Notes: generated by a model from the sequence alone, not told the origin. A stretch of DNA of 64,000 bases from Flectonema sp. DT1601 (GCA_964019425.1 OZ025793.1:1302001-1366000), one strand, 5' to 3'; shown: positions 33,727 to 46,738, counted from the stretch's first letter. Program-made: numbers and translations.

Positions 33727-36109
33727 ATGTCATCAGTAGACTTAGTGTGTGACTTTTTAATTCCTCTAATCTCACTGTGTGATGAGGGAGATAGTGGTGA
33801 AGTAACTGGTTGTCCGTCACGACTCCTAAGTAAGACACGTCCAAGAGGGAATTTCAGGATGTACAGAGAAGTTAAAAATGTAATGAATAGAGAAATACCA
33901 AAAGGAATAACGGCGATGGGTGTTGTTTGTTCTTATGATGGATTCAGGAATGCTATTTGGAAAGACAAAAAGAAATGTTGTATTGGACACCCAGAAGAGT
34001 TTCAATCTTCTTCAACTTTACGATCAATGCTCTGTACTGCAGTAGAACGAACACTAATAGTTCCAATAGAAGAGAATGGTGGACAAGATGTTCTAACATC
34101 AGCTCATATGCAATGGCAAGCTGTGTTTACAAGAAGTATGGGTCTGCTTAAGAAACAAGAGTTTAAGTCAATTAGAAACCAGCTTCTGTTGTACGGCTCT
34201 CTCTTCACAAGCGGCTGGCTGTTGGCATCTGAACTGGGAGACTACCCAAACAGAGGAATCATTGCAATAACAGATCTTTATAAGATTATGTGTTCAGATA
34301 ATATTATTAACAATTGTGTTACCAGAATACTGTCTTCTTACATGTCAGTTGGTCACTCAGAGTTAATGGAATGCGTTGCTGTAATTCGAATCATATCTGC
34401 GATAGTTGGATCTGACTTGTCAAGTTTTCATATAAAACCAATTAGACGTCCTATTCGAATTCAACTTCAGCATCAAATTCAAAAACCACTTTATGAGTCT
34501 GGAGCAGCATGCATGGCATACTGCAGATCTCAAGGATGTATTTTAGTCGGAGGCTATAACATGATATCTATCGTACCTTTGTTGGTATTCACAAGTAGCG
34601 AACAGCTACCTCGTCAGTGGTACACTTGCAGTAGGGTTTCAAAAATATCTTTGATTGCCTCAGAGTCGGGTCCTCAACCGAATTTAATTACAACGATTAT
34701 CGTATTCCCGGGTAACAATACTGCAGGTTGCCTTTTTACGTCATCTCGTACACTGGAATATAGCGGTGATGTTGTTTTTACTCATTCATCGTTGTCTTGG
34801 TCGGTTTGTAGTTGGAATCTTGATACGGGTTTGTATTTTATTTATTTATTGAAAAAGTTATCAATCGAATTCAATAAAACAATCTGACACTCACACAGGT
34901 AAACTTATCCACGAGTATCACACTTTAGCAACGGTATGTAGAGTTTGTCTTTTTGAGTTGTTTAATTAGTATTTCTATTTTTAGATATTTATAATAAACA
35001 ATAAATAGGTAACTGAAATCGCAAGGGTTAAGGAAAACATAGTTGCGGCTGTCTCACGAGGTGTTCAAATATTCTCAATGAGAACTCTTTCACTAATTCA
35101 CGAGGAATGGTTTACAGATGACGGAACAAGTGCTCTCAGAACTCCCATTATTTCATGTGGATCTCATATTGCTGCTGTTGACGGTGATGAAATATTTATT
35201 TGGGATGATCTCGGCAACACTCGTAAACGACCACCGATAGTCCCCACACCTGACATCATAACAACAAAGTTTCAATATGAAATTAAGAGAGAATTTAACT
35301 ACCTAATAAATAAAGGTGTTTGGAGACTCGTAAAACCTGCTAACGGGACGGGTGAGGATTATTATTTTAATGTTCGAACTCGAGAAGTAGTTTGGGATTT
35401 GATGAATCACATCAGAAGTTCTAAATACGTTTTTGAGAAAAGGGATCGAACTCGTCGAGAGAAACACCCACCAGATGCATCTGATTTGAATGATTTAGTC
35501 GACTTAAAAATTAAACAAGAGAACTGGGTAGAAACACAACGTCTCAATCCAACACACTGCTCTTGGATTGGTACAGAAGGTAGAGAGTTACATGACTTAT
35601 CTCCATTAGCAGCAGAAGTGTTACCAAAGTTTATATCTGAAGGGGGTATCAGAATAGATGAACAAGACCTATTCCCTGATCCATCTCATGAAGTTACGAT
35701 TAACGAAACTGAACATCTTTTAGTGAGAAAACCTTCTAAGAAATCACCTCTTTGTAAACATCGTCTGTTACTAACAAAAGGTTCGTTTGTTACGTCGATA
35801 TCTTCTTCATCAACTCATATGTTTATATCTCAGTTTGATCCGATTATTTCACATTCGAGTGTAACGAGTATTCCTCTTCCAGTATTCACAAAGCCGTCAC
35901 TTGAAAATCAAACAGTCGAAGAACTTGGTACCTCAACAGTTGAATGTGAAGGTTGTGTTATTAAAATTCTAAAAATAGATCAAGGAGTAGCAGTAGCGAC
36001 AACTGACGGATCCATCCGACTAGTGACATGTGGAATTATACCCTCAGTCAATAATAACAATGACGAGTTAATAGCGTCTTCCACATCGACAGAGCAACAA
36101 CCTTCTTGA
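33727..36109 (+). CDS. WW-domain protein with WD40-like segments, ~745 aa; exons 33727-34828, 34899-34933 (35-nt micro-exon), 35009-36109
   Basis: Introns 34829-34898 and 34934-35008 join two ORFs in frame (SWNLDTG|KLIHEYHTLAT|VTEIARV). WW motif VWRLVK...DYYFNVRTREVVWDL. Beta-propeller-like strands (IFIWD, VAVATTDGSIRL). Confidence 0.78.
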
Positions 36110-36300
36110 AACACTTTTAATGTATTGTATCCTAACTTTCTATACTCTGGAGTATTGTATTTTTTCACTCTGAAATATTTATCATTTTCTTCCATCCCCA
36201 TCAGTGATTTTTTGCAGTTCGATTCCGTCCAGTTTGTTGGAAAAAAAACAAAACAATAGTTCATATTAATACTTTTTAAGATTTATCTTTTGACTAAATA

Positions 36301-37650
36301 ATGACTGATAATATGTTACTAGGACCTGATATCAATTGTCTCGGAAGTGTTACTTCTTTCTGTTCTGAAACTGGAAAAGGAGTTGTATGGACTCAAGAAT
36401 GTGAATATTGTAACTTTAACAAACAATCAGTTATATCTGTTGATAGTAGTAAAGGATTAGGTGGTTGTAAAACGTTATCAGAGGGTGATCCGGTAGCTGT
36501 TAAGTTTGACAGCAGTGGGGAGAACGCTGCATTAATAATTCCCATCTTGGCGTCACCTCATGGAAGTGACATCCAGTTAGCGAGGATAAAATCATTTTCT
36601 GGTAAGAATGGATACGGTTTTATTTACTCACTTGATCCTGAGGATGCCACAGACATCCATTTCACTCAACGTGCGTGTAGTAGTGATGTTGGACTTCAGA
36701 GAGACAGATTATGTGCGGTACAAATAAATTATGATGAAAAACCTAAAGCGACTTTCCTGCAGCCATTTCTAGACAGCAACGAATATGACGAGCTAACGAA
36801 ACCTCTGCCTGTTTTAGCTCCTCTTTCAACTGTCTCATCACAGGGACATATTCTACCTGTTTTGGACCTGTCTCCAATGACTGACTTACCTCATGATATG
36901 CTGAGGGCTCATCCTGCAATTGTTAAGCAAGCACAAGAAGCTGCTGCAACTATTCTCCGCACTGTTCTTTTGATGCCTGGATCCCCTTCTCCTGCAGAAG
37001 TGCGTCAGGAATCATCGAATGCTCAGTACGTCGGTACGAAGTTAGGTAAGATCAAATCGTGGTCAAGTATTAAGAATTATGGATTTATTGTTCCTGATGA
37101 TGGAGGTCCTGATGTTCATATTGTTTTAGAATCTGTTAAGGATATGTCAAACCCACTTCCTAATGAAGCTGTTTACTTTATTTTTGACACTAGTGAGTTA
37201 CCTCGAAGAAGAGGGTTGCAGGTACGAAGGGTGAAAAACCGCTGCGAGCCGCAATCCCAACCCCAGCAACAGTCGCAGGCAAGAACTAACCAGCGTTCTT
37301 TGCCACGCCCGATGCCGAGGGTCTTACGTGCGGGTCCCCCAATCATTGAGGATGGATATAATCCTTATGTACCAAAACAGGAAGAACCAAGAACTGATTA
37401 TCGAATTGTTCGATCGTCGGGCAGTAACAACACTCCACGCCGACCACCTACTGGACGAGTTTCCAGATACTCAGCCAACACCTGTTGTGGAGAGATAACT
37501 CCCGACACTGGAGGGTCAGAAGTATTCTTTACAATGAACGTCCTTCGTAAAGGAGGTATTCATAACATTAGAATAGGTGAGCGTATTGAGTACACACTAG
37601 ACGTTAGTGCAAGTCGTAAAACTGCTGACACAGTCAGAAGATATAACTAA
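36301..37650 (+). CDS. Multi-cold-shock-domain nucleic-acid-binding protein (about 4 CSDs), 449 aa; start codon uncertain
   Basis: RIKSFSGKNGYGFI..DIHF and GKIKSWSSIKNYGFIVPDDGGPDVHI, plus two degenerate CSDs (GSVTSF..GKGVV and GRVSRY..GEITPDTGGSEVFF). Confidence 0.88.
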   Translation: MTDNMLLGPDINCLGSVTSFCSETGKGVVWTQECEYCNFNKQSVISVDSSKGLGGCKTLSEGDPVAVKFDSSGENAALIIPILASPHGSDIQLARIKSFSGKNGYGFIYSLDPEDATDIHFTQRACSSDVGLQRDRLCAVQINYDEKPKATFLQPFLDSNEYDELTKPLPVLAPLSTVSSQGHILPVLDLSPMTDLPHDMLRAHPAIVKQAQEAAATILRTVLLMPGSPSPAEVRQESSNAQYVGTKLGKIKSWSSIKNYGFIVPDDGGPDVHIVLESVKDMSNPLPNEAVYFIFDTSELPRRRGLQVRRVKNRCEPQSQPQQQSQARTNQRSLPRPMPRVLRAGPPIIEDGYNPYVPKQEEPRTDYRIVRSSGSNNTPRRPPTGRVSRYSANTCCGEITPDTGGSEVFFTMNVLRKGGIHNIRIGERIEYTLDVSASRKTADTVRRYN

Positions 37651-38907
37651 AAAAAAAAAAAACCACGTGGGTAGGGGGGAATAAATTTCCGGAAAAAAAA
37701 AAAAAAACGGAAACCAATCCGATATTTTATTTTTTTGTTTGTGTCAGCCGGTTTGCTGACTTATTCTTGTTAAAGGACAGTTCTCTGTAATAATAGTGAT
37801 CACCAACATCACTGAAAAAAAGATCTGAAAAATATATAATAAAAGTGATGTAACTGCGAACAAAGTTGTTTCTTTTTATTCAACAGTGAGACTGCGTATT
37901 GTATAGTTAGGCAGGTTTGATATACTGACCCGTTTTTGAAACTAAAGATGGCATTACTGTTACTAATAATAAAATATTCTCTGATACGATCTTCTGTTGT
38001 AATCTACGAATCTATTTACTTTATTACGATCATCTGTAGGCTGAATTGGAATAAGAAGCTATAGTTACCTTTTGTTGTTATTTTCTGTGACATTGGCAGG
38101 ATAATAATAATTATTATAAACAGAAGTGGGATAATACTTAGTATCAGTTCTTTTTTGTTTTTTTTAAACTGGTCGTCGGTCTGTCGTTGTCGTGTTGGCA
38201 GGGTAGTCTTTCTCTAACATCGAAGTTGCAAACTTGAGAAACCACAGAGTTATATTTCTTAAGTCTGATGTGTGAAGCTTGTCTTGAGTTCCATGTCACC
38301 TGACGGAGTTCTTTCTTTTTTCTTGACTGACGCGCTGATTCCATTTTTGTTTAGGATTCTGCGGTTTGTTGGGTTCGGAGAGTTTTTGTTTGTTGTTTTC
38401 TTCTTTGGTTTAGTGTCGTAAACATTTGATTTTTATAGTTAGAACCTGTCGGTATTACTTTCTTTCTTTTCAGAATCGAATTGGGTGACGGAAGTAGCGG
38501 CTTTGCAACAAGTGGTTTCGTTGTAATTACGAACTCCAATACTCTGATTTCACTTTTCTTGTCGAAAGTCTCTGGCGTTAGTTTTGTAGTGAAAGGGACA
38601 ACTAAATAGCCTTCTGGAATATCTGTGTCATGAATTTCCCAATTTAATTATCACTCAGGCAGCCGGGTTTGTGCTGCAAGGCTCACAAAACAATACCTTC
38701 TCACTTGGGAAATTCTTTTTTGAAATTCTTCTGATCCGTAGCCCTGTTGTCGTTGGGAAGGAAACAAGAGAGCCGCACGTAGCTTCTGACTGCATGAAGA
38801 AGAAGTGATTGATTTCATGAGGGGATATCTGTCGTAATATTTAGTATTTTAGTATTGAAGTCTTAAAATATATTTATTCTTCTTTCAGATCACACACCGC
38901 AATTCAA

Positions 38908-39999
38908 ATGTCAGCATCGAGCTCATCCCCCTGCAGGCAGATCACCATCTTTGATCCAATAAATAGGAAGCCTTATGAACTTACTTATGGAGGTGGTTCT
39001 GACTCTGAGATCTTAGAGACTGCTGGACTAGAGACTTACTTCAGAAATGTCGAAATGGGATGCAGAAAGAGAGCATTCTTATGTAAGAGATATCAAATGA
39101 AGCAGTGCAGGGCGAGGAAGAGATGTAATTCTATCCACGCTGACCGTGCTAAAATAGCAACACTTAGAGCTCAGTACCCAGGATGTGGAGGATTACCAGA
39201 TGGAGAAGCATTTCTTGACATCTACAGCGAGGAAGACAAAGACTACTTGTCTGTGTCAGTTGAACGGATTCGCAAGACTCGCGCTTCTGAAATTGGAGCC
39301 CTTGTTCTGTGTGCTGACAACAGCGACTGTGAAAGAAAAGAATCCTGTGATCGCATTCACATCGAGTCAGCTTATCTAAAGAGACTACGCACGATGCATA
39401 GAATGCCTTGTTGTGATCAACACGGTGAAGTAAACAGTGATCAGGTCCTCAGCCAAGAACGTCCGGATGCCGTACTTAGAGTGATGGATGACCACCAGAT
39501 CGCCCGGCTCCCAATCTGTTCTGCTGCTGAAACAAAAGGCCTTCGCGAATTGGCGGAAAGTGGAGATGTTGACATTCAGATCCCTCTCGACAGGATTTGC
39601 AGACTTCACCAAAGGAAGGCTTGTAAATGGGGACCTGAATGTAATAATATTCATATTTGTAGAAAGCACCAATTCGATCCAACTTCACCCGAAAGAGAAT
39701 GTACGAAAAGAAAGACTTCGTCAGAGTCACTCTCTACCAGTGCGAGTACAATCTATCTCGATTGTGAAGATGATAATGATTCTCGTAGGACTTCAAACTG
39801 TAGTTACTACTCAACACAAACAGCATTGGATTGGAATTCTGGTAAACGCTCCAGTGATGCTGATCGTCTTGAGAGTGATTGGTCAGTTACTTCTTACTCA
39901 CCTGAGGATGGTCCTTTAGCACCTTTATTGTTGTCATTCAGGTTGTCGTCACTTCCTTGTGGTGGAGTCAATGAATTTCACTCTGCCCTTGAGCAATAA
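38908..39999 (+). CDS. CCCH zinc-finger RNA-binding protein (euglenozoan ZC3H type), 363 aa
   Basis: Cx7Cx5Cx3H fingers CKRYQMKQCRARKRCNSIH and CRLHQRKACKWGPECNNIH, a third shorter finger CADNSDCERKESCDRIH, and a Ser-rich tail. Confidence 0.9.
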   Translation: MSASSSSPCRQITIFDPINRKPYELTYGGGSDSEILETAGLETYFRNVEMGCRKRAFLCKRYQMKQCRARKRCNSIHADRAKIATLRAQYPGCGGLPDGEAFLDIYSEEDKDYLSVSVERIRKTRASEIGALVLCADNSDCERKESCDRIHIESAYLKRLRTMHRMPCCDQHGEVNSDQVLSQERPDAVLRVMDDHQIARLPICSAAETKGLRELAESGDVDIQIPLDRICRLHQRKACKWGPECNNIHICRKHQFDPTSPERECTKRKTSSESLSTSASTIYLDCEDDNDSRRTSNCSYYSTQTALDWNSGKRSSDADRLESDWSVTSYSPEDGPLAPLLLSFRLSSLPCGGVNEFHSALEQ

Positions 40000-40811
40000 A
40001 TAAATATACAATTAGATTCTTATGACTGGTAGGCTGCCTATGACTGGACTCAATTACTTTTTTCAATGTGCCATTGGAACTCCGCGGCATTGAACTTGGT
40101 TTGAACATTAAACAAAATAAAAAAGAAATTTGGGAACCTCTCTTATTGTCTGATTAAAAATCAGGTTCGGTTTTTTTCTTTTCTTTTTCTTTTTTTTTTT
40201 TTTTTTTTTTTCTTGTTGTTCTTGCTAAATACCGGGTCACTCGAAAAAAAAACAAAAGAATGGGAAAAAAAAAAAAAAAAAAAAAAAAAAATTTAATAAA
40301 TAAATTAAAGCAAACTATTAATAAAAGACAGTCCATCCTTAGAAAAAAAAGGCAACCTTCAGGCTGTCTTACATTGCAGCAGGATCTTTTTTTAAAGAAA
40401 ACTGTTGCCTCTTGAAACTGAGAACGACCTCTTTATTGTACGAGTTTTGTCAGCATGTACACCCATTATAGTTGAGTGAGTTGGCTGACGTTAAAGATGG
40501 TAACAATGCTGTTTTTATTCACTGGCATAGCTTGCGCTATGCCACAAAAATATGCATTTTGAGGTCGAGGTTTAGGTGGTAAGACAGAGGGGGAAAAAAA
40601 GGAGAGAAAAATCTGGCTTTACACTTACCAACGTTTCGTTTCTTTCGTTCATTTTTTTTTTTTTTTTTTTTTTTTTTTTGTTCTTGGATAGTTTTTTTAT
40701 TTATTTTTATTTCCCCTCTTTTTTTTATGTGCATTTTTTTAATTCTTGTTTTAAATAAAAAAAAAAAAAAAAAAAATATTTAATTTTACATTTTTTTCAA
40801 CCTCTCCTATT

Positions 40812-40844
40812 TTCTTCTTCTTCTTCTTCTTCTTCTTCTTCTTC
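40812..40844. repeat. (TTC)n microsatellite
   Basis: About 11 TTC units are visible. Confidence 0.9.
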
Positions 40845-43800
40845 ATGAGGTTCTTACTTCGATGCGATGCGTACTCACCTCCTTAAGGATCAGTTTGTTT
40901 GTTATTACTTTCTCGCAGCGTTTTTAAAATTCGAAGAGAAGAAATAATTCGCGAAAAGGTATTCGGCTTGGGGCTGAAAAAAAATTAAGAAAAAAAATAT
41001 CTGTTAAGAGGTTCAATGCCAAAACTTAATTATTTTGCTTTTCGAAAAACAAACCAAACCTTTGTGTGAGGGAGTACGTATCTTGCTTTTAGTGTGCACA
41101 AACAGAATTCTTCACTAATATATATCTCACACGCAAGGGTGTTGTCTATTGGCTGAAAGATTTTGCCAATTAGAGGGGCACTCGGCGAATTGGTAATATT
41201 TAGGGGTAATGTTCTGCTTCGATTTGTGCATCAAAAAAAAACAATTAAAAAAAAAAAAGTAGTTCCTTTTTTTTATTTTTTTTTTTTTTTTTTCGACTGG
41301 TCGATTGCTTTTCCTCCTAATCTCCTCAGCTTATGGTCCGACCGATCCTTGAAGTGGTTTCGCTCTCTTTTATTAAAGGATGTTTAACTTTAAGTTTTTC
41401 AAAGTAGACTTCCAGATCAAATCTATTCGTTTTAATGTATGTACGGCATGTATTGATATATAAGACGCTGTGGTTGATCCTCTTTTTACGCAGTTTTTCT
41501 TTTATTATTTTATTTTTTTCTACTCCTTTTTTTTTTTTTTTTTTTTTTTTTTGTAATACCTTTTTATATCTTTTATTCTCATTCTATTGAACGTGAAAAC
41601 TCTCTGACTTTTGGTTTTTTTTGTTTGACTGAATTCTCTTGTATGTGTGAGTCGTTTTGTGTGGCTTGTTTTTTATTCCTTGGAGTGGGTCCTACTATTG
41701 ATGTATAGTTTTAAACTTATGGCTGTTAAAGTAAAGGTTGGGAGGTTTGAATCTGTAAATAGGGTAACCTCCTCAAACTTTTTTTTTTCTTTTTTTAAAA
41801 TTATTGATAATCGGATCAGAAGTCGAAGTTGGCCATACAAAAAAAAAAAGAAAATGGAAATAGCTGACCAATTCTTCCCTTTGCGTCCAAACTGGCACTC
41901 GGTGGCCTGTTGAACTAACTTTTCAGCGTTCACTTATATTTACAGTCCCTTTTTTTTTTTTTTCTCTTCATTCTAAAAACACTGTTAGCTATTTTTTCCT
42001 TTTTTCCCTTTTCATTGTTGACTTATCACTATGCCTAACTTAAAAAAAAAAAAAAAAATAAATAAATAACCACAGTTATATGAGGTGGGACTGAGAAGTC
42101 AATTGTACGAGAGAGTGGTTTGACTTTTCTGATTTTCAATATGTATAATAACTTATTGAATCCTACCATTGTTTTTATCTATTTTGCTTCAAGGCGTAGA
42201 CACCTTGATCTATTTCCCTTAGCAAAATAATCTAAAAAAAAAAAAAATAATAATTATCCAAAATAACAACAATTTGAGAGCAGCCAGCTACCTTTATTGT
42301 AAGCAGTCTTTTTGGGAGAAGGTTTTTGCCTGTCTTATTCTTTTGTTAAATGGGAAAAGGGAGGAGGGGAAGAGGTGAACTTCGACGGTGATTAATCAAC
42401 TATTTGAGTTAAATTTCTGTTTTTTTTTTTTCTTCTTTTTTTCTTTTTTAATAAGCGAATCAATTGTCTGGTTAACCTCTTCCCTTTGTACTGAGAGGGA
42501 AGGATCTCTAAAACAGTTTTTAGTAGCTGTCTTTACCCAACAAAAGAACAGTTTTCTCACACCTTAGTTAGCAGGATGATAGACCTTAGTGTCTTTCTTT
42601 CCTTGTGGTAAAAAAAAAAAAAAATGAAAAAAACACAACGATAATGCTCAATATTTTTTTTTGTCACTTCGTTGGTTTGTTGAAATGCAGCAAAAAGTGC
42701 ATCAGAGGGCACCTTTTTTTTTTTTTTTTCTTTTTTTTTAAATTTTTTTTTTTTTTTTTATTTTGAGATTTTTCTCTTAAGAAAATGTTAATTAAAATCA
42801 AGAAAAAAAATTGGAATCTTTTTTTTTCTTATTCCCCCCCGTAAGGAGCAAGACTTCGGTGTCTGTCCATTTGTCCCCCGACCTTTGCAACGATTGAAAT
42901 CCGAGGTTTTCGATGAATTCGGACTCCCATTTCATCGCAGCTACAAAATTAACTTAAAAAGGCATCAATCCGTGTTGGGTGTTTAAAACTTACGTCGGAA
43001 TGTCGTTAACTGGGTGCCCCGAAGGGCCCCTGTGAGCTACTGTAAGTGATTTCTCTGTTGCGCTCGCAAGCAACCACCCTATACAAACAGGTTGATAGAT
43101 TGAAGGCGTGGACTCAAGTCTGATTGACTAACAGGATTCGTTATCCTCATCAACGGGTATCAAGTATTGCTTCTTACGTGATTCCTGTTTGTAAAATAAT
43201 CTCATTTTTATTGTACATGAAATTAATGATAGTTTACTGAGTAAGTAAACACAAAAAGTTGGAGGAGCACATTTTGTATTAAAATAATCCAAAAGAATAA
43301 CTTAACTGTCACATGGAAGTGGCAAACGTCGAGCCCGTTCTCGTACGGTGCATTCGCTTGTCGTTTCCTTTCTCATTCAAATATTGCCTTCGATGAAGCA
43401 ATGAATAATGACCTTCAAGGTATCGAAACATTCGTTCCTCTTCTAATTATTCAAATTGAGGATGTTGAAGTGGCGTTCTCGCCATGTAAATTGATTTATT
43501 ATTTTACTGCAAAACGGAAGGATGTGTTCATTCTTTTGCTCCCCTAATTCTCCTTTCAACAGGTAGTTAAGGTTTGATCCAGTCACTCGCTTGTTGAAAT
43601 TATTTTCTGGTTCGTTGCTGCCAGTCCCGATATGTCTTTCACACTCCGTGCCGAACAGAAAAATCTTTTCCGTTTTATCTTCCATTTCTTAAACTGTTTA
43701 GTTGTGGAGTAAAAAGGGAAAGGAGTTGTTCGATTTGTCTTTTATTGAACCTGTTTTGATTAATTCCCTCGTACCACAAGATGGGTTTTGTTATTTATGT

Positions 43801-45583
43801 TTGCACTGATGCTGTTGCTCAGTTGTGGTCTGGTGTATTGTATTATGATGTTCATTCCTTTATTGGGAACTATCACACTTGACGTGTCTGATTTAACTTG
43901 TGGATCAGTAATCACAGTCTGTTGTTACAAAACTTGTGACTAAGATGAGGTCCCCGAATGTGGAAATTAAGAATCTCTCGATTCCTCACTCGGTGCGTCC
44001 CGCTCGCGAGTGTCTCGTCAAGTCGTGAGCATCAAATTCCTTTCGTTTATTGCCCTGACTTGCCTGTGGTAGCACTCAATTGTATGCAGAAAAGATACCA
44101 TCCATCTTGTTAATTTATTTATTTTTAGAATCAAAATACGTTTTCTCTACGACGTTGTTGCAGAACAGGTCGTCAATCAACCCCGTGTGGGAGTCGACAT
44201 ACAATTCGAAGCCTCAGATTTCCATCCGTACTTATCCTTGGCATAGCGGATATGATGACCTTGTAGGATGTTATAAATAAAGTGTGATTTATGAACCATT
44301 TTTTAAGTTTAAAAACTATAGACCAGTTCCAGGAGATATGATTTTTGGTGCAATGCAGTTGTTTTATATATATTTTTCATTCAGTTTAGCTGGTTTTTTT
44401 TTTTTTTTTTTTTCTTTTCTTGTTTTTAAACCGGCTCACAAATTAATTGTTATTTCTGGAAAATTGTTTTTATTTGAGCCACCAACGAGTTAAGAGTCGC
44501 AGCTACAGAAAATGTAATCGAACCTTGTGTGAAACTCACGCTGTGGGGTGCAGTTTTTTCTTAGCAACCCTGTCATATCGCTGGGGCTATTTAAAAAAGC
44601 TTCTTGTTCCTTTCTTTTGACGATGGTGGCAACGTCCACATTCCTTTGCCGACGATTGGTGAGAGGCTTGCTAGGAAGTCTCTTACGGGTCAAAGCAACG
44701 GAGTTTCTAATTAACCAGCTGTTGGCTATTTGTTTCTTGAAAATTAATCTATATATACCAAAATACTATTATTTCCCTCTCCTTTAAGGTTTTTTTTTTT
44801 TTTAATTTCTTTATTTTTTCACGTATTCAGTCGGTTTCTTATTTTTTCTACCCAATAATGACTTAGATTCTACTGGGAACTAAGTGTGAGCGTGCCTATC
44901 AATTCGTTGTACGGTTTTTTCAAGATGTCTACCTTTTAATTAAAAAAAAAATTTAATTCAAAATTAAAAAAAATATTCCCTTAACCCCACCTGTTGGAGG
45001 TTTAATCATTTGATCCGACTGACTTCGATGAATATTAATAATTTATGAAGAATAAAATCAGAGGTGGGGGGAAAAAAAAATCTAAAAAAAAATAAAAAAA
45101 TATTCACTAATTAATGTTCTATTTCTGGTAAAATTATAAGTACTTTTTTTTTTTTTTTTTAATTGCGTGTGGTTGCTTAATAAAAAATGGTTCTCAAATA
45201 ATAACTGTCACACACAAGAGATTTACATTTAACCTCGATCTGAATAGATGGAAGTATTTTTTTTCATGTGTTCTTAATACATTTCACGTGATTGCGACAC
45301 GCGATATCCACCGGTTCTTGTGTTTCTTTCTTTTATGGTTTTTTACTTTATCCAAGTATTTGTTTTCCACCTTCTCACTGCTTATTTATTTATTTTATTG
45401 TTATTGTTTTATTCAATCAAACAATTCTGCTTTGGTACTCTAATTGTGGAACTGTTTCAGAAGATAACGCGGGCAGTCATTGCCTTGCAACAGAATTTGT
45501 GTTGTGTTAAAATTCTGTATTTGATGGAGTTCAGGAAGATTAAAAAAAAAAAACATTGTCCATCTGAATTATATTTAGAAAAC

Positions 45584-45618
<35 letters not shown>

Positions 45619-46429
45619 CAGCCAACCGTCGCTGCGGCTTCTTTCTTAGTTCCTTTTCTTATATCTACTTATAATATCTGCGCTACATGCTTCTTACCCC
45701 TGTTGCAGTTCGGGTTAGCAAGACACCCAACCCAATGGTCTTTGTTAGATATGTTTTAGTCTTTTTGATTTAATCTTTTTCTTGTCTCTCTCTCTTTTTT
45801 TTCCTTTCTTTTCTTTCTTTTCTTCTTTTTTTCGTTGAAAGAGAAGGATGGAGGAGGAGTATTGCAGAGGCTTATCGAAGGTTCGCTTTCGATGACCAGT
45901 AGTCACACTCAATACGAAAAATCGAAATTCATTAATTGATAAATACTTTCACATGTCTTTGCTGCGTTGCAGATGTTGGTGGCAGTTGTCTTGCGTGCTG
46001 TTCTTTTCGCAGCAGCTGGTAACCTCCTTCCATTAAACTCATTCAGAATTAATACCGCTGTTACCATGAAAAACTCTCAGAAAAGACTCCTTGTTAATGT
46101 GTTCTCTGTACGTTGTAGTTTTCATTCAACGACTCCTTGCGTATTGAACAAGTGACGTCGGTAAATCATTTGAGGGCAGTTCCTTTGTGAGGAAATGCGA
46201 ATTATGTTATGCTGCAGATTAAATAAAACAGGTTTTCTTACCGTGTTTACAGACCAAGATTGGAAGTCTTGATTGTATTATTTCTCTTTGATGAAAAATT
46301 GATTTTGTTGACAATGCATTTTCTATTTTTCGACATTCTTTTTCTTTCCCCGTTCTTCTAAGTTTCCTTCATTAAGCCAAGGAACATGGATTTTTATTAA
46401 GTTTTCTGTGCAATCAAGAAAACGTGTTT

Positions 46430-46738
46430 GGAAACTGGCTGGTCCAGTCTTCTATGTCGTCTTTCCCGACATTTCATCAACTTATTGTCCTCAATTTTTA
46501 GTTTTTCTGCGGTAGAAACTCTTCTTCCGTCTTGCTCCTTGAAATGACTTAGCCAACACTAATAATCTAATCATTGGCGCGAATATCCAGTACTCCCAGT
46601 ATACGCCAAATTCTAGATTTGCTTCAGTCAAACGATTCTATAACGTGAAGGTGAAAAAAACGATTTTTCTTTTTTTCCTTAGCTTGAAACACTGTGCCAC
46701 CAGATTTAACTCAGAATTGTGTTCTTTTTTGGTTTTTT
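46430..46738. repeat. Dispersed ~310-bp repeat, copy 2
   Basis: Near-identical to 1011-1320. Confidence 0.95.
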
